From IMG/VR virus record IMGVR_UViG_3300049174_000048, positions 1 through 53,207 of that record: a DNA stretch of 53,207 nucleotides. One strand, given 5' to 3'. Shown here one piece after another: positions 9,018 through 16,968 of this stretch (the first letter of the stretch is position 1; each line of letters opens with the position of its first letter). The notes below the pieces were generated by a model that was given only the letters and a program-made list of their open reading frames with translations, made no database searches and was not told the origin of the DNA. The DNA comes from a virus. Taxonomy: Duplodnaviria > Caudoviricetes. The position numbers and the translations under genes are program-made.

Positions 9018-9220
9018 CAGCGGTCTCCTGCGGTGGGCGGCTCCTTGGCGCCGCCGACATTCTTCCATTCATTGCCGTCGTACATCATGCCCAGGCTGAC
9101 GTGCGGCACCATGGCCAGCAGCATGGCAGCCAGCCGGCGCGCCGTGTGCAGGTCGTCGTCAGGCACGCCGTCAGCGCGATTGGCTGCGCGTGCAATGACC
9201 ATCACGTCGTCCAGCGTCAC
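9017..9220 (-). CDS. small hypothetical protein
   Basis: GTGA and TGATG overlaps with neighbours. Confidence 0.55.
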   Translation of the reverse strand: MTLDDVMVIARAANRADGVPDDDLHTARRLAAMLLAMVPHVSLGMMYDGNEWKNVGGAKEPPTAGDR

Positions 9221-10242
9221 GGCAGCACCCTGACCAGCTGCTCGAGCCGCTCTCGCACAGCAGCGTCATGCGGCAATTTCGTCTTCGGGTCGACCTGCCA
9301 GTGCTTGCGCTGGTTCTCGAGGATCTGGTCGATATAGCGCATGGCGCGGGTCAGGGTGGTGTGGTTCTGCGACAGCGCCCACAACGGCACGTCGAACCCG
9401 GCGCGGCGCAGTGTGCCGGCAGCCGCTTGGTCGACGATGATGGCGCAGTCGGCGCTCAGCGCCTCGTAGAAGCGATTGGGCGGCGAATGGTACGCGCGGT
9501 GGCTGGCGTCGTCTTCCAGGTGCAGCACGGCTGCCCATTGCGGCAAGTCGCCCGGCACGTCGATGACGCCGTACATGCGCTCGTGTGAGAAACCGTATCG
9601 TTCAATGAACTTGGGCTGGCCCTTGGGCGGCGCTGCGATATCGATCAGGTGTGCGCCATGCTTCATGTACTTGTCGAAGTCCTTCTCGCGCCCATCGCGA
9701 TACGCGCCGTAATACAGGACGCGTTCGCGCTCGCGCAGTTCCTTGGGCGGCAGCTTGTCGGGCGGCAGCGGGTTGAACGCGATGGCGTTCCAGTTGATGT
9801 AGCTGTAATGCGCTGGGTACTCTTCGACCCGGCGCGCGCAGGTCGTCCAGCCCAGCGTCGGCTTGCCATCGGCGTAGCGTCGCGTGTAACTGCGATTTAC
9901 GATCGACTGGGCGGTGATGTCAGGGTTGGGCGACCATATGGAGTAGTCGTTCTGACACCACACCACGACGCGAGCCTGCTCGACCAACCGCTCGGTCCGC
10001 GGCACATCGACCACGAACGTCTTGGGTATGTTGATGACGAACAGCACGTAGTCGCCGGACTTGAACCAGCTGCTGTCAGCGTCCGACGGCTGCTTGTCGA
10101 AGTGGTGTGCGATGCTGTGCTTGTCGATGCCCAGCGTTTCCCAGCCCAGGTCTTCCAGCTGCTTTTGCAGCCAGAGTCCCATCTTGGCACTGGCCACCAT
10201 TTCTGAGTTCAAGCTGTCGGCATAGTAGACAACTGCAAACAT
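9217..10242 (-). CDS. putative GT-B DNA glycosyltransferase (T4 beta-glucosyltransferase-like)
   Basis: VVWCQNDY, VLYYGAYRDGRE and AAVLHLED...NRFYEALSADCAIIVD parallel T4 BGT segments as recalled; GGGAG SD. Confidence 0.6.
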   Translation of the reverse strand: MFAVVYYADSLNSEMVASAKMGLWLQKQLEDLGWETLGIDKHSIAHHFDKQPSDADSSWFKSGDYVLFVINIPKTFVVDVPRTERLVEQARVVVWCQNDYSIWSPNPDITAQSIVNRSYTRRYADGKPTLGWTTCARRVEEYPAHYSYINWNAIAFNPLPPDKLPPKELRERERVLYYGAYRDGREKDFDKYMKHGAHLIDIAAPPKGQPKFIERYGFSHERMYGVIDVPGDLPQWAAVLHLEDDASHRAYHSPPNRFYEALSADCAIIVDQAAAGTLRRAGFDVPLWALSQNHTTLTRAMRYIDQILENQRKHWQVDPKTKLPHDAAVRERLEQLVRVLP

Positions 10243-10449
10243 TCTTGTATTCTCCCGCTGTGTGCAGCAGCAGTATAGCGTGCCGCCGCGTCGGTGCCCA
10301 ACTCAATAATACGGTCGGGCCGTTCCGCAAGGTACTCCTTCAACGAACGGGCGGGCGGCTCGCCGTGCATGCCGCGTCTGCAAAGTCCAACCATGACTGC
10401 CTCCATCAAGTGGTGCAGGCATGGTAGCCAGTCGGGTGTTAAGAAAGTG

Positions 10450-10887
10450 CTACCGTTGCCGTGTAGCCCAACCGAAGTTACCTTTAGCATGCTGTTGCTT
10501 GGCTCGATTACTTCTGCGCTGTCGTTCTGCATCGGTCAACAAAGCTAGTTGAGCATGTGATATTCTTCGACGTCCGTCAAGACTTATAGTGCGTCCAAAT
10601 CCCCAAGCATTATCGATGTTATTAAATCGTTTATTGGTTTTTCTGATCCACATTGTTTCTAGTGATCGTAGTGTTTCTGGAAAGCAGTAAACTAATTCAA
10701 CAAATTCAAAATCTTCTTCTCTAGTTTTATTCCAAGCTGCTTGTAGTGCTTGGCAAGCATGTCTGTCACGCCGAAGTACAAAACGATGATGTGTAAACCG
10801 ACCAACCATATCAACAGATCCGCCTATATACCAACAACCTGTTGATATTTGCTTTATGGCATATACACCACAACGTTTCTTTCTCAT
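10450..10887 (-). CDS. GIY-YIG homing endonuclease
   Basis: GVYAI...WYIGGS...RFTHH...LQAAWNK...E...N; AT-rich. Confidence 0.88.
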   Translation of the reverse strand: MRKKRCGVYAIKQISTGCWYIGGSVDMVGRFTHHRFVLRRDRHACQALQAAWNKTREEDFEFVELVYCFPETLRSLETMWIRKTNKRFNNIDNAWGFGRTISLDGRRRISHAQLALLTDAERQRRSNRAKQQHAKGNFGWATRQR

Positions 10888-11759
10888 TTTTGGTCAGATC
10901 TAATATACTTTGCTCGTGGTCTACCTTCGCCATTTTTAACGCGCAAATATTTATCACACTCGCAAAGCACGAACTGGATGTCGTGCGCTGTCAGTTCCAG
11001 CGCCAGCACGTGGCGCCCGACATGCTTGGGCGCCTGCTTTAGCAGGTACTGTATCTGCTCCAGGCATTCGGACGGGCGGCTGTGCGCGTCGACCGGGCGA
11101 CCGTACAGCCGGTTCAGTCCGCGGCGCGCGCCCGGCCCTACAGGCGTCCAGCTGGCAGCGTCCACGACCTTGCCGCCGAACACGTCGGCAAGCATGGCAT
11201 CCTGCAACACTTCCTTGGTCATGAAGCCGGTGCCGCCAAAGCCGGGCAGCTTGTACATCACTTCGGCGACAGCCTGCCAGCTGCGTGACGTCCGCGCCAG
11301 CTTGACCAGTTCTGGGGCAGCAGCGTGCAGCGGCAGCAGGTAGCGATCCACGATCGCATTGTGCTTGGCGCCGCTTTCGCCGCCGGTCGAGATGATGTAG
11401 GCGCCCGTGTAGACTTTCTCGCCGCGTGTCTGCATGTCGGCGGCAGTTGCCTTGACGTGCGGCGCCCATGGGCCATCGGCGCGGCACCAGCCGACGCGTT
11501 CTGCAAATTCGATTGTGCCGAAGTAACGGAACAGTGCGCAGTTCAACAGCTGCTCGGTGCCCGGCCGGTCACGGTGCGTGTCGTACCAGTTGTGCAGCAC
11601 CCACTGCGTGGTCCTGTCGTGGATGCGCTTGACATTGGTAAAACGATAAGTCTGTAGAACTGGATCAAGCGTCCACGGCCACGGTTTACCTTGCAAACGC
11701 TTCAGCCGTATGGCTTCACGCTCGTTCATATAGAACCAAAGCGGTGTAAAGAAGCTCAC
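10884..11759 (-). CDS. aGPT-Pplase1 / 5-hydroxymethyluridine DNA kinase (helical) family protein
   Basis: EREAIR..R..GKPWPWTLDPVLQTYRFTNVKR.HDRTT, LFRYFG, TGAYII, GFMTKEVLQD, GPGARRGLNRL, LCECDKYLR. Confidence 0.85.
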   Translation of the reverse strand: MSFFTPLWFYMNEREAIRLKRLQGKPWPWTLDPVLQTYRFTNVKRIHDRTTQWVLHNWYDTHRDRPGTEQLLNCALFRYFGTIEFAERVGWCRADGPWAPHVKATAADMQTRGEKVYTGAYIISTGGESGAKHNAIVDRYLLPLHAAAPELVKLARTSRSWQAVAEVMYKLPGFGGTGFMTKEVLQDAMLADVFGGKVVDAASWTPVGPGARRGLNRLYGRPVDAHSRPSECLEQIQYLLKQAPKHVGRHVLALELTAHDIQFVLCECDKYLRVKNGEGRPRAKYIRSDQK

Positions 11760-12211
11760 AATCTTGTCCTTCCGAGTTTCTTGCGCAATTGCCAACGTGC
11801 CAACAGTGCCTCACGCCGCACATTACGTAACTGCGGTGTTGCAGCAGCAATAGCTGACACACTCATCTTTATTTTAGTTGCTTCACTATGCGAATAACCC
11901 GACAACTTACCAGCAGGTCGATTGTTGTATATTTTAGTCGTCTGTTGGATCCAAGATTGTTCTCTGTCTATGAGAGAAATTCTATTCATTACAACTTCAA
12001 GTAAGATAAAATCCCAATCACGTTCTTTTGTTCTGTTCCAATGTCCTTGCATGAATTTATTATGATGATCACCGCGATTAAGCGCGTTCTTATGCCATCC
12101 CAAACGTGCCTGAACGAATATAGAACTTCCTATATACAAACGACCTGTGCGTTTATGCTTCACAGCATAAACACCCATAATTGGTTTTCTTGGTGTTTTA
12201 GTGAATGGCAC
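11756..12211 (-). CDS. GIY-YIG homing endonuclease with NUMOD3-like tail
   Basis: GVYAV...LYIGSS...RLGWH...REQSWI...YN; HSEATKIKMS; AT-rich. Confidence 0.88.
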   Translation of the reverse strand: MPFTKTPRKPIMGVYAVKHKRTGRLYIGSSIFVQARLGWHKNALNRGDHHNKFMQGHWNRTKERDWDFILLEVVMNRISLIDREQSWIQQTTKIYNNRPAGKLSGYSHSEATKIKMSVSAIAAATPQLRNVRREALLARWQLRKKLGRTRL

Positions 12212-12283
12212 TAGTGCAGCGCCCGAGGCAGTTCTGGCGACGTCACGACTAAAGCTCCTCGTCGACGTTGTGCGCGGCGTCAG

Positions 12284-12568
12284 TCACAGCTCGACTTCCT
12301 CCGACGACGCTGTGGACGTTTGGACGGTATAACCAGTGAATATACGTTCGCCAAACACGTCGGTGTCGGAGCTGGCTTCGACACTGACATTACTGCCTTG
12401 CGCTTCCGCAGCAGCAATCATGGGTACATGCGCTATCGCCCAGGCACGCACAATATCGGTCACCTGACTTTCAGACAGGGTCACCGTCAGCGTTCGCTCC
12501 GTGTCGACGTGCACAGCCTGCACCGGCAGATCATCCACAGGTTGCCGCGCTCCCCGACCCTTAGCCAC
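12284..12568 (-). CDS. hypothetical protein
   Basis: GTG start preceded by AGAACAGGAG. Confidence 0.6.
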   Translation of the reverse strand: MAKGRGARQPVDDLPVQAVHVDTERTLTVTLSESQVTDIVRAWAIAHVPMIAAAEAQGSNVSVEASSDTDVFGERIFTGYTVQTSTASSEEVEL

Positions 12569-12732
12569 TTTGGTTCTCCTGTTCTATGGAAATTACGAGG
12601 AGGCAAGTTCCCCTGACGCTCTCCGTTGTCGCGTCAACTGCCTCCCCGCCGGGCACGATTGCGGTGCCCAAGTGTGTCTGTGATCCGACGGGTCAGGGGT
12701 GCGACATGACGCCGTACCCCTCCCCCGCGGGA

Positions 12733-13815
12733 TCACGCCGGCCGGATCTTGATGAACTCGTGCTTGGCGTTCCAGACCAAGTCGGTGCGCGGCACGCCGC
12801 GCTTGATCGCCTCGGCGATGGTCGGCTTCTTCAGCTTGGCGACCTGCATGGTGGTCGCGAACCAGTCGTACGCCTTGGTGCCTTCGCGCTTCGGGTTGGC
12901 GCCGCCCTCGGTGTTGATGACGATGATGTCGTCGTCCTTGTACTTGCCGCGCGCCGTCGGCTGCGCCTCGGGCTTGGTGCCGTTGCGCGCGGCGATCGCG
13001 GCGACGGCAGCCCTCGTCACCTTGGTCTTCGGCGAGATGGACGGCGTCTTCGCCGCCTGCTTGGTCGTGTCCTTGCCGGCGGTCTTCTTCGGCGTCGCCG
13101 CGCGCGCCTTGCTGGTAGCCGGCTTACGGCCCTTGGGCGCCTTGCCCGTCGTCGCTGCACGTGCCATGTCGTCGTTCTCCTGCGTCGTATCGGGCTGCGC
13201 CGTGTCGGCAGCCTGCCCGGTCGTGTCGGCTGGCGCCGCCGCGGCGTCGCCGGCAGCAGCCGGCTTGTCGCTGGCGGACGCTTCCGCGTCGTCCAGCGCC
13301 GCATCCCAGGGCTTGCCGGTCAGCAGACCGTGAACCCGCGTGATCGCCTTCTCCTTGTTCCCGAAGGACTTCACCTGATGCTGGCTGAGAATGTTATTCA
13401 ATTTTGCCAGATCCTGCAAGCTGAAATTGTCCAGGTCGCTGGACGCCTGCACGACCGTGTACGTGACGTCGTCGGTGCCGAAGTCCCGCTTGACCCGGTC
13501 GATCTCGCTCTCGTGGTTGATCTGGACGACCTGGAACTTCTTGTCCAGATTGTGCTGGATGATAACACCGATCATGGTCATACCTTTCACTTTTGGGTTC
13601 AGCACTGCACACAGTGCTTGGTGGGTGCGATAGACGGCATACACGAGAACGCCACGGTGCGGGTCGGTGTTCATGTCCTTGGCAGCAGCCAAGGCTGCCT
13701 CGAAGGTGGGTCGCTCTTCGCGCAGCCACTGCGCACGACCAAGGAAGCGCACCGCCGTGTAGTATTCGGCGTTGGCCACCACCCGTGCGTGAAACTGTTC
13801 AAAGGTCTCGACCAT
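12733..13815 (-). CDS. multi-segment protein with Lys/Ala-rich (H1-like) region and C-terminal NPKR.GT.A domain; probable internal starts at 13581 and 13167
   Basis: ORF track; CAGGAGAAC precedes ATG 13167; C-terminal domain paralogous to 16969-17409. Confidence 0.65.
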   Translation of the reverse strand: MVETFEQFHARVVANAEYYTAVRFLGRAQWLREERPTFEAALAAAKDMNTDPHRGVLVYAVYRTHQALCAVLNPKVKGMTMIGVIIQHNLDKKFQVVQINHESEIDRVKRDFGTDDVTYTVVQASSDLDNFSLQDLAKLNNILSQHQVKSFGNKEKAITRVHGLLTGKPWDAALDDAEASASDKPAAAGDAAAAPADTTGQAADTAQPDTTQENDDMARAATTGKAPKGRKPATSKARAATPKKTAGKDTTKQAAKTPSISPKTKVTRAAVAAIAARNGTKPEAQPTARGKYKDDDIIVINTEGGANPKREGTKAYDWFATTMQVAKLKKPTIAEAIKRGVPRTDLVWNAKHEFIKIRPA

Positions 13816-13853
13816 GGCTCTCGTGTTCTCGCCTCACGTCGCTTACAGGCACT

Positions 13854-13882
13854 AATCTAGTGCGATATAGAACGCTTGGCAA
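13854..13882 (-). promoter_or_regulatory. sigma70-type promoter TTGCCA-17-TAGATT
   Basis: exact 17-nt spacer; same family as the six copies at 16.5-18.4 kb. Confidence 0.7.
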
Positions 13883-13892
13883 GCGAAATCTG

Positions 13893-14648
13893 TCAGTCAC
13901 CCACCGGCTTGAAGCGCAGCCAGTTGCCGCCGTCCTTGGCTTCATAGAAACGGTCGCGCGGCTGCGCGAACATGTTGCCGTCGCTGTCACGGTAGACGAC
14001 GATGTGTGTCTCATCGCCGTCTAGCGCGCTGGTGCTATGCAGCAGCACGTCGTCCTGCATCAGCTGGTAGTCACAGCCCTTGTGGTGTTCGTGCGTCGCC
14101 TGGAAGCCACCGCGCAAGTGGTACAGGCACGCCATGACGTAGCGCGCCTGCCACATCGCGTCTTCCAGCGCGTCGTGTTCGACGGCGCGCGACGGTATGC
14201 CGTTCTTCAACTGCTCCGGCACCAAGTCGCGCAGCGTGCGCATGTCGCGCGTCTGGTTGTACTGCCATGGCGTCGGTTGGTCGCTGTGCGGCAACCGTGC
14301 CTTGTAGGCGTGCGTCAGCGCGGCGATGTCGAAGTCAGTGCCGTTGGCCCACACACGTTTGCAGCGGTGCATACGCCACAGCGCGTGCAGCTGCTGCAGA
14401 ACGCTGGACAGGTCGTGTCCGCGGCGCAGCATGCCTCGTCTGGCGGCATCGCCCTGCGCCAGCCACCAGCGCAACGTTGCCTCGCTGACCGTCCGGCCGG
14501 CAGTCAGCTGCGACTGCCAGTCCAGGCACCACAACCGCTGCCCGACGATGCTGTACTGCTCATCGTCGAAGACGACAGCGCCAAGTTGGCAGATCACCGT
14601 GCTGGATGCTGTGTCCAGGCTTTCGATATCGACCATCATATGCAGCAC
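13893..14648 (-). CDS. DEDDh 3'-5' exonuclease fused to DUF1653-like C-terminal domain
   Basis: MVDIESL, WANGTDFD, RDMRTL, HDALEDA; C-terminal HHKG.DY...VVYR...FAQPRDRF. Confidence 0.8.
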   Translation of the reverse strand: MLHMMVDIESLDTASSTVICQLGAVVFDDEQYSIVGQRLWCLDWQSQLTAGRTVSEATLRWWLAQGDAARRGMLRRGHDLSSVLQQLHALWRMHRCKRVWANGTDFDIAALTHAYKARLPHSDQPTPWQYNQTRDMRTLRDLVPEQLKNGIPSRAVEHDALEDAMWQARYVMACLYHLRGGFQATHEHHKGCDYQLMQDDVLLHSTSALDGDETHIVVYRDSDGNMFAQPRDRFYEAKDGGNWLRFKPVGD

Positions 14649-14662
14649 GTTACTTCTCCCTT

Positions 14663-16123
14663 CTATAATTGGTAGCCGTGCGGCCCGGTCGGCTGCTGCA
14701 CCCACAGCGACTGACGCGCCCGTGTCACGCCAACGTAGAACACGCGGTGTTCGCTGTCCGGGTCGAGCTCGAACCCGCGCTGGATGCGCCCGGTCGTTGT
14801 AGTCTGCAACAGCACGTGGTCAGCTTCCAGACCCTTGCTGCCGTGGATCGTCTCGATCCTGACGCGCGGCGTCTCGGTCAACTTCTCGCCACGGCGCAGA
14901 CATGCGAGATAATACTCCCGGTCGTCCAGCGCGATGCCGCGCAGCGCATCGTGCCATATTTCCGTGAACGTGCCGCCGTAGGCTTCCAGGTCGGTGCTTG
15001 TGAAGTCCAGTTCGCCGGGCAGCGTCGTGCCAACACCGAACGCTGCCAGCACGTTGCTGGCGTCGTCTCCGCTGACCGGACGTCCAGCGCGCAGCGTCTC
15101 GTACGCCTGGATGGTGCGCAGAATGACCGGGTCGATGCTGGACTGTCCGCGCGACCAATATGCCACTCCCTGATGTCTGGCGACGTCGCGCAGCTGCGTC
15201 AGCTGGCGCCGTGTCCGCGCCAGCAGCAGCCACTTGCCGGACGACAGGTCGACTTCGTCCACGTCACGTATCCACTCGACGCGTCCAGGATCGCCCTGGC
15301 GGGCGCGCCATGCTTTGGGTGCCCTGCGCTCCATGCGGGCGCTGACGTCGCCTGCCAGCGCCCATATCGCAGCAGGCAGGCGGTAGCTGTGCGGCAGTAC
15401 CTCTACGGACCCGCGCCAGCTTATCAGCCGGCTCGGGTCCGCCCCACTCCAGCGGAAAATGGTCTGGTCGTCATCACCTGCGGCGTACAGCTGCGGCACA
15501 TCGCCGAATGCGCGCCGGACGACCTGCCATTGCAGCGGCGTCAGGTCTTGCGCCTCGTCGATGATGGCCAGCTGCACGGGCACCGACTCGCCATGGTCGA
15601 CATAGCGCGCCAGCATATCAGTGAAGTCCAGCAGTCCGCTGTCCTGCTTGAACAGCCGGTAGGCTTCATTGAAACGTTGCAGACGCCACCAGTCGATGTC
15701 GCCACCATGGTCGCGCCACGCTTCTGCCAGCGCGGTCTGCGTCACACGCGCGTAATGGTCCAGGTGCAGCAGCCCATCGCCGCTGTCCGACGCGGGTGCT
15801 TCCAGGTCCAGGGCGCCGGTCAACGTCTCACCGACCAGTTCACCGAATGCTTCGTAGTGCCGACGCGTGAACACTTCGCTGCTGCGCAAGCCCAGCTGCT
15901 GGAAGCACAGGCTGTGCAGGGTGCGGAAGTAAGGGAGTTGCTGCGCGGGATCGAGCCGCAGCTGTGCCGCGGCTCGGTCCCGTGCCTCCCTGACCGCTGC
16001 CCGTGTGAAGCTGACGTAGGCGATCTGGTCAGGGGGAACGCCTGACGCCAGCGCGGCGCTGACGACGCCCAGCAGGCGCGTCGTCTTGCCGGTGCCCGGC
16101 GGACCTAGGACGAGGTGGCGCAT
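14663..16123 (-). CDS. UvrD/Rep-family SF1 helicase
   Basis: GPPGTGKTT, SFTRAA, RTLHS, IDEAQDL, GDDDQTIF, SYRLP, TIHGSKGLEAD, YVGVTRAR. Confidence 0.93.
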   Translation of the reverse strand: MRHLVLGPPGTGKTTRLLGVVSAALASGVPPDQIAYVSFTRAAVREARDRAAAQLRLDPAQQLPYFRTLHSLCFQQLGLRSSEVFTRRHYEAFGELVGETLTGALDLEAPASDSGDGLLHLDHYARVTQTALAEAWRDHGGDIDWWRLQRFNEAYRLFKQDSGLLDFTDMLARYVDHGESVPVQLAIIDEAQDLTPLQWQVVRRAFGDVPQLYAAGDDDQTIFRWSGADPSRLISWRGSVEVLPHSYRLPAAIWALAGDVSARMERRAPKAWRARQGDPGRVEWIRDVDEVDLSSGKWLLLARTRRQLTQLRDVARHQGVAYWSRGQSSIDPVILRTIQAYETLRAGRPVSGDDASNVLAAFGVGTTLPGELDFTSTDLEAYGGTFTEIWHDALRGIALDDREYYLACLRRGEKLTETPRVRIETIHGSKGLEADHVLLQTTTTGRIQRGFELDPDSEHRVFYVGVTRARQSLWVQQPTGPHGYQL

Positions 16124-16189
16124 GCGACCAGGATGCCGCCGAACAGGAAGCACAGCACAGGTCCAAGCCAGCTGTCACCCGTGCCCATG

Positions 16190-16294
16190 TTATAGCCGCT
16201 GGGCGGGTCGTGCGTTACGACCCAGCACACCACCCATCAACAGCAGGCAGATGCCGACTAGACCGGCAAGAAGTCGGAGCGTATCGATGGCCAT
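16190..16294 (-). CDS. tiny hydrophobic protein (34 aa)
   Basis: MAIDTLRLLAGLVGICLLLMGGVLG; starts right after the upstream TAA. Confidence 0.35.
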   Translation of the reverse strand: MAIDTLRLLAGLVGICLLLMGGVLGRNARPAQRL

Positions 16295-16510
16295 TTAGCA
16301 GCAGCCGATAGGCTGGCCCAGCGGCATGCGCCGCGGCTCGAAGCGCCGCTTGCCGGGCATGGGCATGCGCACGGTGCCGAAGCCGTGCTGGCGCGGCGAC
16401 GGCACGCGCGTGATGTAGCCGGCGATGTTGATGAACCGGACGCGCAGGGCGCAACGGGTGAACTGGCGATTTTTGGCGGCGCATGGGCTTCTCCTGTTCT
16501 TGACCTGGGC

Positions 16511-16539
16511 AGCCTACCGGGCGCCGCGGCGCCCGGCAA
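16511..16539 (-). promoter_or_regulatory. sigma70-type promoter TTGCCG-17-TAGGCT with palindromic spacer
   Basis: followed by AGAACAGGAG and ATG 16484. Confidence 0.7.
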
Positions 16540-16552
16540 GCGAAATGTCGGC

Positions 16553-16846
16553 TTACCCGACGACTTCGATTTCGCCCATGTCGCGCCGGCCGGCGGCAGC
16601 CTCGGGGTGCGCCGCCAGGATGGCAGCATACGCCGCGTCGTACTGCGCCTGCTGCCACGCGCGCACCGCGGCGCAGCGTTCGGCGCCGTAGGGCAGCGCG
16701 TCCAGCGCGGCTGGCAGGGCTTCGGTGCCGACGCGTCCCATCCAAGCGCCGTTGATGGTGGTGATGGTGCCGTGCCCGTTGCGCGGCGCCCACACACGGT
16801 AGATGTGGATGTTGGTGCCGATGATGGTGTGGCGACGAACGAGCAT
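16553..16846 (-). CDS. small early-type hypothetical protein
   Basis: GAGGAG SD; own promoter upstream. Confidence 0.7.
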   Translation of the reverse strand: MLVRRHTIIGTNIHIYRVWAPRNGHGTITTINGAWMGRVGTEALPAALDALPYGAERCAAVRAWQQAQYDAAYAAILAAHPEAAAGRRDMGEIEVVG

Positions 16847-16903
16847 TAGGGTTCTCCTCGAACCGGGTGGGCACTGGCGGGATTGCCGCGCCCCATGTGA
16901 AGA

Positions 16904-16950
16904 ACTCTACTTGACTTCGTCGAAGGCTGGTAGAACTTTCTACGGTTAAC
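16904..16950 (-). promoter_or_regulatory. promoter GTTAAC..GAAAGTTC-TACCAG-17-TAGAGT
   Basis: repeat-family member with variant -35. Confidence 0.6.
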
Positions 16951-16968
16951 GAGGGCGACTGCCCGCCG

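Noticed and set aside
10209-10532. 107-aa ORF between the GIY-YIG and the glycosyltransferase, possibly a displaced gene end
   Set aside because: Overlaps both neighbours, has no clear start and shows no similarity to the kinase C-terminus in the frames I read; left uncalled
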